The translations under genes and the position numbers were made by a program. A DNA stretch of 52,522 nt, the filler included, from Catajapyx aquilonaris (taxonomy: Eukaryota), in NCBI GenBank assembly GCA_000934665.2. It is 3 parts of 3 records of this genome, joined end to end, with 100 filler letters (N's around TTAATTAATTAA, not from the genome) between each part and the next. Parts side by side here need not be neighbours in the genome. Positions count along the whole stretch, not along the records: positions 17,518 to 34,951 come from JYFJ02006957.1; positions 35,052 to 52,522 come from JYFJ02006958.1; 1 more part is not named here. One strand, written 5' to 3'. Positions 23,627 to 36,553 of the stretch are shown piece after piece. The notes under the pieces were generated by a model. The model saw nothing but the letters and a program-made list of their open reading frames with translations, ran no database searches and had not been told where the DNA came from. The stretch's first letter is position 1; every line of letters starts with the position of its first letter.

Positions 23627-24510
23627 GTGCAGCAGCAGAGCCATCCAGCAGCACTCTTGGAGCTGGAAGAACTGAACAACGTGCCAGTGGATCTACTGGG
23701 TCAAAGGTGATGTATCAAAGTAGTGGCATATGGAAGCACACCTGTCCCAAATGCATTTTCCAGTGTGCCAAACTGACCAGATTTTGTCGCCATAGATGTT
23801 ATGTTTGTAACTCATTTGTAAGAAAGCTTTCCAACTACAAAATGCATTTTAAAGCATATGTGGGCAAGGGAAATGAGAGTATAATGGAAATAGAACAAGA
23901 CACTTGTGAACCTGCTGTAACAGATGCTGAAGAAGAGACTGTGCATAGCTCTGCCATGGCACAAACCACTAACTTATGTCTTTCCCTGGAGGGGCACCAC
24001 CAAGTGGCAAAAACAGTAATTTCCTATGTGGTCAAAAGCATTCAACATATTCTTGAAACTGCTGGCATTCCAAGTGTGGAATTGCAAGCACTAACATCAG
24101 ACAGAAAGAGAAAGCGATATTATGAACAACATTTGCATTTTGTCAAACCATCGCAAGTGCAATTAGGCAATGATGGTAGTCGGTATTTTCTTCCCATGGA
24201 ACAGCTACTCCAAGGGATGTTGTCTCATCCAGACAGTTGCGTGTTATTTGACAAGTCAAAACGAGGTAATTGCCCTGACATGATGGATGTTATGGATGGT
24301 GAGCATTTTACTGTACAAGGAGGATCACTCTAACACTATCTACTTGATGCTGTACACTCAGTAATGACATAGAAATTTGCAATCCAATTGGGATACACAG
24401 GGGAAAGCATAAGCTTACTTTATATTATGTTGTATGTCTCAATGTTCCTGTGCAGTTTCGGTCCCAGTTGCAGCACATACATTTAGTGGCTCTAGGGTAT
24501 TGCACTACTG
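23627..24510 (+). pseudogene. Animal EnSpm/CACTA-like transposase fragment
   Basis: Zinc-finger-like N-terminus, DVMDG, then after a stop and frameshift NDIEICNPIGIHRGKHKL...LNVPVQFRSQLQHIHLVAL. Confidence 0.75.
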
Positions 24511-24801
24511 AATGCAGACAATCTGCATTTTTTATTGCCAACTTGAGGCTGTATTGATTGGTTTTTCCTGTCTGACTTATGACATGTAATGTATTGTATA
24601 TATTTTCCATATTAGGTTGGTTTAGAGAGCCAAGTGAAGATGGCCCAGGGTCCGAAGACCCCTGAAGAGTGCTTCTTTGAAGTTTTCAGAAGACATCAGG
24701 AGAGATTGACGTAGAGGAAATGAAGGAAAACTGCTCTCAGCCTTGGAAGGTAATTAATCAAGGATTATTTGGTCTTTCTGTGGGTCACAGTATTGATTTT
24801 G

Positions 24802-26760
24802 CAAGGGGCGGCTCGAGGCCGCGCCGCTCTAGGGGAGCGGCAAATGTAGGGAAGATGACAAACAATTAAATAATTGACAAAAAATTTATTGTCTGTAACA
24901 CTTCAGCAATAAATGTAACAAATAAAATAAAATAATCTAGGATTGAGTGTAGTAAGCGGCAGCAGCTGGGCAAAATAATTGATCATGAAAACCAAAGAAT
25001 CATAGACAGCGAAGCTGAACGATGGAAAGAAGTATTAAAGCGTATGGTGCTCATGGTAGAATTTCTCGCATGACAAAATCTAGCTCTTCTTGGTAAAACG
25101 GCCAAACTACATACATGTGTGACCCTGCCTGTTCTGACGTCATTGTCATTCCGCCCATGTGAATCAATATTGCAACGTCATGTGTTTACCATCATGCAAT
25201 GGGGCGTCTCCCCACTATATATACCAGAAGAAATTGTAACTCGAGGCCAGTTGGTCTTCCCTCCCGGGGGCCACTGGTCATACCTATCACCTCCCCTCAG
25301 TTATCCTTTCCCCCCTACTCTCATCATGGACAACGTTATTAAAAGAGGCAGAAAGTAAGAACCCAAAGTCTTTATGTACGTATTTCCCTTCATCGATCCT
25401 CCGGACTACCATCTTGGTATTTCTGGTTGTCAAGTCACAACTAGACTTGAACGTTTTGGCCTTTTACGTATTACGTCGCATTACAGTGAACGTTTGGCCA
25501 CGGGATACGTCACACATGCAAGAGACAATGGTAATTTGCTCAAAATTCTGGAGTTTGTTGGGAGGTTTAATATACTGTATAGCTGAACATTTGCGGCGAA
25601 TAGCATCCAGAGAAACGTTTGTTCACTATATTGGGAAAAACATTCAGAATGAAATAATTGGACTGCTGGGCTTGAGAATCAAACAAGACATCCTCAGAAT
25701 GGGCATATTTTTCCATCATTTTGGATTGTACGCCTGGCGTCAGCCATACAGAACAGCTCTCTCTGATTATCCGGTATGTCACTTGTGAACCGGGAAAAGA
25801 ACCTTGCATCCAAGAGCGTTTCTTAGGTTTTATTCCAGTGGAAAGTTCAACTGGAGAGGCTCTTACAGAAACTCTTTTAAATCAGTTAGATAGAAGACTT
25901 AAAGCTACCTTTGGGTCACACGCTCGGGCAAGGGTAGGCTTCCTATAGGCATCCTTATAGAGTTAGGTGCTTAAATAATTCCAAACTTCTCTCACTCGAA
26001 TCTTCTGTACCTCGAAGTATACACGTGTAAGACGCAAAAGAAAAATGGCTGGAGAGAAAGCTTCAGACGAGCCCATTCAGAACCCACTGCAGAAAATGAA
26101 GGTCGAAACCTTCTTCAGTTGCCTGGATACCATTGGCACTAACATCAATAAATATTTTGACGAGCAGGTTGTGGGTATTTACAAAGATTTGTCTCTATTC
26201 AGTAGGAGACGCCTGCAGGAGGTCTGCGAGAAACCAGCGTCACTTCCTCATGATGCTTTCCAAGTCTTCTGTAGCCTCCATGGAAGATTTTGTCGGCTTA
26301 GACGAACTGCGGCGTGAATACCTATTGTTCTGCAAGGCATACCTCTCCTTTGACAAAACCAGTCATCTGCCTGAATCTCTACACGATGATGACGGACCTC
26401 ACTTCATCGATGAAGATCCGGATGCTTCAGATGATGATGGAGAAGATTTCGGTGACGTAGAAGAAGACGCACATCCTATTCAGGAAGGGGAAGCGTGCAA
26501 TACTGGGAGCATTAAAAAAATTCTTCATGCATGAAAACTGGTGGGCTGAAGAGTGTGTTCCCAGTTTTGTACACTGCTCTCCTTATTGCTCTCACCCTGC
26601 CAGTTACCAGTGCATCAAGTGAACGCGCATACTCAAAACTGAAACTGATAAAGACTCGACTCAGGAGCACCATGGCACAATCGAGATTGGAGGCGTTGAT
26701 GGTAATATCATGCGAGAGAGACATTCCCATCGACTACGATGTAGTTCTGAATATTTTTTT
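24802..26760 (+). mobile_element. Decayed hAT (Tip100/ZMYM1-like) transposon
   Basis: Left end CAAGGGGCGGCTC; RWKEVLKR...NGN, DCTPGVSHTEQLSLIIRYV...ERFLGF, LPVTSASSERAYSKLKLIKTRLRSTM; right TIR not found. Confidence 0.85.
25118..25514 (+). mobile_element. Solo LTR inserted in the hAT transposase
   Basis: TGTGAC...GTCACA, 4-bp TSD CATG, TATATATA then ATTAAA. Confidence 0.88.
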
Positions 26761-27819
26761 CATCCGCTTATCATGGGACCACGAAAAATACAGCTCAATA
26801 AATTACATTTGCTAATTTCAGGTCACGGCTGCGGGGTTGCCTCATTTTGGCACCTAGCTGGAAAAGCATACAGTTGCACAATGGTTGTTGCCAACAGCAG
26901 ACTTCTGCACATTTAGTTCTCCTGGAGGTATACCATCGATAACACTGTCAAGCATCTTGTCCAGCATTTGTCCCATCGAGGTCATTTGGATTCCTGTCGA
27001 CGTTATTCCACCCACCCAGTATTGCAGGGATCCTGCACATATTTCGAAATGGGATCTCATTCATCAACACTATGTAGTGAAGGAGGTATGTATCTGTTCT
27101 TATAAAGAGTGCATGATGACACTGTTTATCCCATGATGGAAATGACGCTGGTTGACACTTGAACATATTTGAGATCCATTGCTCCATATTAAATCCATGA
27201 CAAGAAAAGGCAGGCACAAGAAATCACCTGTTGATGTTAAAAATGGCTTTCAAATTTTGAGAGGCAATGTGACATTTACACCGTTTTATTAGGCAGTGGC
27301 AGCCTCCGTAGAAATGCAATAAAAAAGAAAATTTTGCACTATTACAGGAAACAAACGAAGCCATTCTACTGAAGACGCCAATATGAAACCTTGATGTTGT
27401 CAGATGACGTAAGTCGATAAATTACATCTCTGAGGTGGACAAGCCATTATATTTGAATATTCTTCGTGAACTTAACGAGGGTAACAAACATTAGCCAAAT
27501 GACCCAGCAGAAATATTATCACCAAATCACCTTTTGGGATAATACTGTCTAAGGATTGAGATATTTTGAGACCTGGACAGATCATTCGCTAGAAGGACGT
27601 CACAGGGGAATATGGACCCAGAGGTGCCATTGCAGAGCGTGCCCCATACAGATGACACGTTGTTGGGATGGGGGCTCCGCCGTTTGCAAATAAGGCATAA
27701 GGGGTTCTAGCCACAATGTATGTCCACAATTGTGGAATATTTTAGTGAAATAGATGGTATAATATATAAAGTTAATTCGAGAACTTTTTCAAAAAATTAT
27801 AATAGGTGGTTATCGTTAC

Positions 27820-27841
27820 CATAATAATAATAATTATTATT

Positions 27842-27937
<96 letters not shown>
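27820..27937. repeat. (AAT)n microsatellite
   Basis: Read directly from the sequence. Confidence 0.95.
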
Positions 27938-28031
27938 CAAATTCCGGCTGTCTTTTGGCTGTGGCTACGTGTGTCAACCAGTTATTAAAATGCATCGAAG
28001 TCGATCAAAAATGGATATGTTGGATTTATAG

Positions 28032-28560
28032 TGTAGGATTCTAGAATATTTAGTGAGTATTCTGGTAAAATGTTACACTCCCATTCGTACCCAGAGCTGA
28101 GATATTCGACTCCGCTGGTTCCTGGAGAAGGGCTGTGAGGCTGTATACGCTCTCAGGTCGGCCCACGTCGCGTCTGTAGCGCTCTGCGGTGCCGCGTAGG
28201 AGAAGGGTTATATCGCACGCTTTGAAGTCGAAGGCGATTATAATAATGGAAAGCCTTGGAATCCTGGCTGTCCAATATTATAATCACCGTCGACTTCAGA
28301 GCGTGCGAGATGACCCTTGCGGTACCAAAGAGCGCTACAGACGCGATGAAAGGCGACCGCGACCGGGCAGCCGGGACCGGCGACTCGCGACCGGAAGCAA
28401 GAAGTCTGCCATATCAAAAGAGCATCGCGACTCGAGTTGACAATCCTTTCTCCCCAAGCTGCCGGGTCTTGTTCATGCTGTCATTGCTAGTTATTAACAG
28501 AACACGACCGATGTAAACACACAATAAATTATGTTGAGCACCTCATTACATGGCCAAGCC
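28032..28560 (+). mobile_element. Probable 5' LTR plus primer-binding site, truncated
   Basis: TGTA...TACA with TATAA and AATAAA, followed directly by TGG; left boundary uncertain (28032 or 28071). Confidence 0.5.
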
Positions 28561-28722
28561 ATGCTTCCGCCAGGAATCCCTCTGTGGGCATTTGACCTGT
28601 GCGCTGAGATTTTAAAAAATCAACTGAGATGATCAGGAGAACCACAAGTGTTTCTAATTATACCATTGTTATTAATAATATATAATTATCCATATTAATC
28701 ATAATGATTTTTCTCCTCTCAG

Positions 28723-29808
28723 GCCAACACCTGCAAGGTCCGAAATCTTGGCCTGCGTGATACAGCCAACACCACAGCACCAGTGAAGATGGTGATAAAG
28801 ATATGGCGATGATCCTAGCACTCCTCCCAGAAACTGCAATCCCACAGGCTTTCCAAGAAATCGAAGATTATGCCGACAGTGAGGGAGTGAGGGCTGTCTG
28901 CGCCGGGTTCCTTGCATACATGAGGAGCTTTTGGCTGGGTCCTCGTATGGGACCTCATGTCGTTTCGGTATATGGACTGGAAAGAAGGACAAACAATGCC
29001 CTCGAGTCGTTCCATGCAACCCTTTCAAGGAACATGATCAACCGTCACCCAAACCTGTGGACTTTCCTGGGTCAGTTGAGTACCGTACAGTTAAAATAAA
29101 TAAATAAAAATACAGGATTAGGTTAAACATGATAAAAAAATGCCCATGGCACGTATGAAAGTGGTTACACATCAGGGCAATAAATTCTGAAACAATCAAA
29201 TTGAAATAACGCCACTGAAATCCGTTAATTGCAGCACATGCAAAAGGTGCACTCACCACAAGCCTGTGTATACACCATAGGTGCATGAACAGGCTTGTTA
29301 CTAATATACCATTAATGGACAAGAATTATAAATAATTTATCCGGGTCCATAGGGATGCTTAGGGAGTTTGGGAGAAGGAATCTGCATGTTATACATCAAG
29401 TGAATTTTTTCACACGTATAGAGAATAATGCCTCGAAATGAAGTGGCAATATGGCATTATATGCTATTACCAGGGCGACTTCAGACCACCGAAGAGGCGC
29501 AGTCCCTGGACTACCAACGTACCAAAGGCGGTATTCGGCCGCGGAGGCCCAGGATTCGCACCTGGAATCGGCAGGACTGACAAATCCGTCGTCTACAGGA
29601 GAGGTTTACCAATGGTCAGGTGGCAAGCCACATTGATTTCCTCAGGGAAGCCAGTTACTACGCATCATCTTATCTAGAGACCCAGATGAATGCTGGTGTT
29701 GTACCTGTCCCCGCTGTTGTAGTTGCCCCTCCTGCTGCTGTTGCAGGTGCCGTCGCTGCTACTATGACACTCCAGAGCAGGCAGAGGATATGTGCTGTGT
29801 GTGCCTAG
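28723..29808 (+). pseudogene. MULE (Mutator-like) transposase C-terminal fragment with an intron
   Basis: FLAYMRSFW...RTNNALESFH...HPNLWTFL; splice sites near 28722, 29071 and 29420. Confidence 0.8.
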
Positions 29809-29854
29809 TACAGTGTTGGCATGTGTATTGCGCTGTATGCATAGATGGGCCGGG

Positions 29855-30303
29855 TGATTATTTGTGATAAGATGACGGCACATTTTACAGTCTCCAGATG
29901 AGCACGGCGATGGCCGATGGCAGTTTTTTGTCACCTCCTGAATATTTCAGATATCAATGCTTACATATTGTTTAGCTGTAATACTGGCTGGAAAACTCAA
30001 AGACGTAAATTTCTAAAAACTTTGACCAGAGAGCTTGTAAAAGACCACCATCAGCTGTTCCGAATGAATGATGGTCACCTGCCCAGAGAAACTTGAAGAT
30101 TGCATGACACTGGCAGAAATGTTGCTTCCCCTGTGCAGGAGAATTCTCCTCCAACGAAGATGGCCAAGAAACGATGTTTCGACTGTCCGCGTAAAGAAGA
30201 CAAAAGAAACCGAATGCAGTGTTCATTGTGCAACAAAGTGTGTCCGGGACATTCCAAGAAACAAATCACGTGTATTGACTGCCAAGAAGACAATGCTGTG
30301 TAA
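29855..30303 (+). pseudogene. piggyBac transposase C-terminus, copy 1
   Basis: RRWPMAVF...LNISDINAYIL...RRKFLK and Cys-rich RCFDC...CSLCNKVCPGH...CIDC. Confidence 0.85.
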
Positions 30304-30559
30304 TGAATCTGCCGACTGACTAGTGTGGGAGGGCACATGTGAGCGGGAGGTGTAAGGAACAAGGAGCTGGTGCTGCTCGCAACTGACGTAGGACCAGAAA
30401 TAATATCAGCGAGACGTAGAGAGGGGACAGTGCAGGAAGAGTGCATCCGGCAGGCTTGAAGAGCTATCGCCGATGAAGAAGAATAAAAGCGATTCAGTGG
30501 CCTCCGAAGCCTAAAAGAAGCAACTGGAAGAAGTAGCTGCCCTAAAACTTCAACTATCT

Positions 30560-30860
30560 GCCTTCCAGAAGAAATATGACGCTCTAGAACGATCAGCGTA
30601 GGCAATGAGATTGGAACTCAGCAGACGACTCAAGGCAGCCCACCGCATGGAGAGCAAGGTTGGCGGATACGGAAAAGGTCCATAGCATCGTGGAACGGGT
30701 GTGTCCCCGGGTCAAGTGAGGCGCTTACTACAAGAGAAAAAACGGGTGCGATGGTCCAACAAGGACATCATTAGTGCTCTGTCGCTGAGATGCCTAAATA
30801 AAAAAGGTTTATATGACTATTTAATAGAGATGAAAGACACCCCCCTGCCCCGGACTTCAC
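30560..30860 (+). pseudogene. P-element transposase fragment, copy 1 (short)
   Basis: KRVRWSNKDIISALSLRCL...YDYL...PLP. Confidence 0.75.
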
Positions 30861-32684
30861 CTAATAATAATAATGTTGTAGGAGTACGATATTGAAACAT
30901 TGTAGATGATAAAATGCCAGAATATAACAAACCATATTTATTTTCATTGCGCCATCCTGGCTGGGGTTACCATTTCCCACCTAGGATTGTGCCAACACAT
31001 TTAGAAATGGACATCACTGAGACATCACCACCACCTCCACTCCTACTAGCTGATTGAAGGCCATTGTCATTGGCAGAGGCAGACTGAACCAAGACAGCAG
31101 CACTAGGAGAACAGAAGAGGATTGTAGATATGGTCAAATCATATAGGACTGAGTGTGGTAGCCAATGCGTTGTTTGCATGCATGCAAGCTGGACCCAGTA
31201 CCTTTCTCAGTGCCTCTTAGCCGTTAAGGTTTTGCAGCTCAAGAACCAGCCCAAGGGCCAAGAGGTAGTGTTTCAGCAAGTTTCATATAGTGTATCAGTT
31301 TATCCGTGTGTCTGCATACTACTGCTACTTATTGTTAGACAAGGCAGACTGGAGTGTATTATATAGTATGTGTATATTGAGTGAACAGCTTTTCCTTGCA
31401 GCTGATGGAGCCCACAGGATGCATATTATTTTTTATTCCCTTGGTATGCTTTCAGCAAATGGCTTCTCTGCAACCTCAGGTTTTAAAATTATGACATTTG
31501 AGGAACAGGGAAAGTAACAATTCACAATGACCATCTTGTGATTATGTAGTATCTCACATTACGTAATTTTATCAGACCTGCCTGAGTTTGTTTTTCTTTG
31601 CCTGTAAAAAAAAAGAGAGAGAGAGATATCCCTGTCCAGGCGTCTTCCTTGCCGTGGTGGCAGGGCTTAAGGGCATTTGCATCTGGAAAATCTAAATGTA
31701 AATGCTCAACTAATGACGCTGCAGGTCTGATTTTAGTGAAGAAAATTTAAATCATGCAAAATGTTATTCACTGTTACTTGCAGCCTGGCTTATGCATGCT
31801 AACAAGAGACCAGACAGCTGCCAGCTTGGTCAGGAGCTGAGGGTCCAGGAGAATACTACAGAGATGGACTGGTGGCTAGGCCGTCTCAGGTCCAGATCAA
31901 GACACCAATCGAGAATTATACATTCAGTGTATTTATGCTAAACATAAATAAAAGAGAGGAAGAGAATACCAGTGTGATCATTAGGGAAAAACCATCAGGG
32001 AACCGGAGGTGTACCTTTAAGCCCCATAAGTGACGTTGGATAGGTGGAACAGGCGTTTTTAGGGCATGTCAGAGTAAGAGAGCTACCCATGGAGTGCGGA
32101 TGTGACAATATGACAAGGTTTTATCTTTGCTCTTAGCACAAGCGATTTTATACCCCGGCATTAGTCCTATATCTGAATTCTACCACAGAAGCAATTAACG
32201 ACGTTGTGACTGCCCTTTTCTCATGCGGGCCATTGCAATGCCCAGCTATTAGTAAAGTTTTCAAAAAATCTTTGTTGCTCCAAAATACAATGTAACAATA
32301 ATAACAATCCATTCCCTTAGAAACATGCTGATTGAACAAAAGACCCTACACATTCTGAGATGTTCACGAGTGAGAGTAAAGAGCTTCACACAGTCACTGT
32401 ATTTTTAAGATGTCCTGTAGCTTACGACAGATAAAACCGTATAAAGGGTAAAACATACTATTCCACAAAAATGCTACTGTATGGACTTAGTCAGATATTA
32501 ACGGGGTTGTTCCAGACCATGTAGGTCCTTAAACCCCGGGCCCCACATAGGGCCTATATCATCACTCTAAGTCCCTTTCATCGTGGTCCGCACAGGGGCG
32601 GACCACCCGTTCGCTTCCGAATCGAACCCAAGCCGTCATAGGGTCCGACTGTATGGACTGATTTTGCACCACATTGAGGTAAGG

Positions 32685-33172
32685 TGATTATTTTTAACAA
32701 GAGACGGCACACTTTACCGTCTCCAGATGAGCACGGCGATGGCCTATGGCAGTTTTGTGTCACCTCCTGAATATTTCAGATATCAATGCTTACATATTGT
32801 TTAGCTCTAATACTGGCTGGAAAACTCAAAGACGTAAATTTCTAAAAACTTTGGCCAGAGAGCTTGTAAAAGACCACCAGCTGTTCCGAATGAATGATGG
32901 CCCCAGAGAAACTAGAAGAAGATTGCAGGGCACTGGCAGAAATATATAGCTTCCCCTACGCAGGATAATTCTCCTCCAACGAAGAAGGCCCAGAAAGAAT
33001 GTTTCGACTGCCCGCGTAAAGAAGACAAAAGAAGCCGAATGCAGCGTTGTCACGTTCTGTTCAGCCCTCTTTTGACATGCCCCACAAAAGCACTGGCAGC
33101 ATGACCATTTGTCCAGGACATTCCAAGAAACAAATTACGTGTATTGACTGCCAAGAAGACAATGCTGTGTAA
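32685..33172 (+). pseudogene. piggyBac transposase C-terminus, copy 2
   Basis: Diverged duplicate of 29855-30303 with a small insertion near 33050-33107. Confidence 0.85.
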
Positions 33173-33429
33173 TGAATCTGCCGACTGACTAGTGTGGGAG
33201 GGGACATGTGAGCGGGAGGTGCAAGCAACAAGGAGCTGGTGCTGCTCGCAACTGACGCAGGACCAGAAATAATATCAGCGAGACATGAGAGGAGACAGTG
33301 CAGGAAGAGTGCATCCAGTAGGCTTGAAGAGCTATCGCCAATGAAGAAGAATAAAAGCGATTCAGCTGCCTCCGAACCCTAAAAGAAGCAACTGAAAGAA
33401 GTAGCAGCTGCCCTGAAACTACAATTATC

Positions 33430-34165
33430 TGCCTTCCAGAAGAAATATGACGCTGTAGAATTTAGAACGATCAGCGAAGGCAATGAGATTGGAACTCAGC
33501 AGACTCATGGCAGCCGCATGGAGAGCAAGGTGGCAAAGTTGGCGGATACGGAAAAAGGCCATAGCATCCTGGAACGGGTGTTTACCCCGGGTAACGTGAA
33601 GCGCTTATTACAAAAGCAGAAACGGGTGCGATGCTCCAAAGAGGACATCGTTAGTGCTCTGTCGTTGATATGCCTAAGTAAAAAAGACTCATGTCTATTT
33701 AAGAGAGAAGAAAAACATCCCACTGCTCGGGATTGTCAACCCTCGGGCGCTGGACGCAGTCCTTCCAGTGCCATCCCGGACTTCATCACTGTCGTCCTAG
33801 ACATCCTAAAGGAAGGGGGATTGCATCGGGACGAATTCAGCCGTGTCGTAGTATAATACTATCGCATAATTTGACGGTATCCTAGGGCCACACAAAAATG
33901 CCCAAGTCATCAAATCAGAGGGCTGCATGCCTAGCGGAAGCAGTTGGTATACTATGCTTTTGTTGACTCGATTATTATAGCAGCAGAAGACGCCGGATAC
34001 CGTGTGGCAGGCTGCGTCGCTGATCTAGGTCGCAAAAACATAGCAGTATGGAATCAGCTGCACGTGACACCTAACTGTCCTTCATTTCCCAATCCATATG
34101 AACCCTGCAGAAAAGTGTGAGTTTTTTCCGATGCTCAGCACCTGCTGAAGCTTCTCCGCGACCCA
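33430..34165 (+). pseudogene. P-element transposase fragment, copy 2 (long)
   Basis: GPHKNAQV, KQLVYYAF, AGYRVAGCVADLGRKN, FPNP...FSDAQHLLKLLRD motifs; stops and frameshifts. Confidence 0.85.
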
Positions 34166-34850
34166 AGGCACAACATGTCAGGCTTACTAGGGTATCATTG
34201 AAACTGAAAACTGCCTGCCTTAACCTTGCCTTGCAGACATGGATGTGGCGACATAACTTGGTACTCAAGTTCACTGGATCAAGAAGACGGACAACTGAGT
34301 GTATATCGGAATGTATCAATAAAAAAAGCTTTAAAAAGAGTTATGAGATTTACTTGGCAAATTATATTGAATGGTATCAGATACGTGTAGGGGAATAATG
34401 CAAATGGTACCTGCACCAATAGTCGATTTGACATTCCTATGTTAGTCCACCAAACCTAGAAATGTTGTTTCCTATAAACTTTTTTGATTGATTTGTACAC
34501 CGATGGGGTCCCTCAACAAATTAAACTTGGTTGTCGCGTCGACAACTTTGGGCAACTACAGCAATAACCATATATCCAAGATGGCCGACCGAAAGAGTGT
34601 GAATGTCATATTCTTGTCTTGCATTGCACTTAGGAAGGTTTTTTTTCTTCATTTATCTGTTCCATTTCCAACCCACCACTTCATTGGAAACGTCATTAAT
34701 GATCAAAATTAAACTTGGCGGCCATATTGCAAGATGGCGACCCATTATATACAGTAACCGTCAGATACGTTACAGATCATAATAAACGCCTGGAAATGTC
34801 ATACAAACTAAAATTGAGAATATGTTATTAATTCTGATTATTATTTTGCA

Positions 34851-34917
<67 letters not shown>

Positions 34918-34951
34918 GATACCCGTGAGTTTTCTCATGAGTTTTATTAGT

Positions 34952-35051
34952 NNNNNNNNNNNNNNNNNNNNNNNNNNNNNNNNNNNNNNNNNNNNTTAAT
35001 TAATTAANNNNNNNNNNNNNNNNNNNNNNNNNNNNNNNNNNNNNNNNNNNN
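34952..35051. other. Artificial contig spacer
   Basis: N44-TTAATTAATTAA-N44. Confidence 0.97.
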
Positions 35052-35530
35052 TTCCAAAAGCATGAGTTAAAAATTTCATGTTGGTTCTCTGAACAGTTCC
35101 CGAGATATCCTCATTGAAAGCAATGGAAAAAGCGGGAAAAAGTGCGTCTTCGCTTGATTGTGATTTTGGTACCCCTTCAAATAAATATTAATAACTCGAT
35201 AACTAAATTTAATCTGGTAAAACTGATTGTTCCATAAGAGTTCAATTTGATGTGGGTTTCACATATATATTTTTCAAAAAAATCGATGACTATGACCTGA
35301 CACCTTTTTTCACTCACTGGCTGATCTGAAATGGAACCACCCAATAGCAGCAGCAGCAATAGTAGCAGTATTTGTATTTGTATTTATTGAACCCAGTGAA
35401 CCCAAGGTCCTTTTGGGGCTTCGCCTGTTACATAATCATTCAGTACACTATCAATAAGACAAAAACATAACGCTCAGTAAGTAATAAACAATGACGAGGC
35501 AATAGTAGCAGTAATAATAATAATTGCGCC

Positions 35531-35594
<64 letters not shown>

Positions 35595-36114
35595 GGTTTT
35601 GCACAAACTTTGATCAATCAGTACCTAACTGAAGCTGACCTAAGTTCCGATATCACTCACATGCTCACTTTTTTATTTTCGCATAATTAAATCAACCTCG
35701 ATAATCGGCCCCGAGTTGGTGAAATATGCAGAGGAAGATTGTCTGTACAACGTATTAAAATTTGGAACATTTTAATGTGGTTGTTTGAGTGATGTAGTGA
35801 CACAAACTGCACTTACGGCGCGAAACAATGACAAAGTGCAGGATTTTATATGTCCTTCCCCGCTCAACCTCTCGGCTGGAGATGTACGGCATGAGACGGG
35901 GCATGAGTGGAGCTATCATTTGGTACCCATTGCATATTTTTAGTCCCAATAGGTGCCTCACAGTGACGGCGCAAAGATAGTCGGAATCCCCATAAGGCGC
36001 CATGTTAATTTTGTCTTTCCGCCTCCCTTTTGCCCTAAGTCACGTGATCCCCCCCTCCGAGATGTTTGCATCACTTTTGAGAGGGAGAGGGAGCGTCTAC
36101 TGGTATATATGGTC

Positions 36115-36545
36115 TAAGCGCGTGAGGCTCTAGGCGAGCGGACTGTTTTGTTGATAGATGGCGCTCGGATAGTAACCAACGATACGATGTGCCATAATGT
36201 GGCAACAACAGAGCCATCTAGCAACTAACGTCCGCCTCCTAGGAGACACGCGGATAGTCAACAGCGGTTCTGTTGTTGCCAGGTTATGGCGTATGGCGGT
36301 GTTGTTTACTTACAACGACGCGATACGCCATAACCTGGCAACAACTGCGCGCCATCTATCAACAAAACAGTCCGCTCGCCTAGTGCATCTCGTGTGAGTG
36401 TGTGACGCGTCTGAGGGCACCCGTTCCTTGTCTATGAACCCCCTCTAGATGGCGTTTCCGGACACTGGTTCCTATGTCAAAAATACTTGTCTTGGTCCCC
36501 TCTATTACCCCTGAAAGTCTTTGCAGAGTTACATTAAACACCCTG
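36115..36545. mobile_element. Tc1/mariner-type MITE, same family as 17115-17417, left end missing
   Basis: Ends AAACACCCTG-TA; internal inverted repeats. Confidence 0.8.
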
Positions 36546-36553
36546 TATATATA

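Noticed and set aside
23590..24333. 247-aa host zinc-finger gene
   Set aside because: It continues through a stop and frameshift into EnSpm-type transposase motifs
17115..36545. A 19-kb giant transposon bounded by 300-bp TIRs
   Set aside because: The two arms are on different contigs separated by artificial spacers, so they are better read as two copies of one family
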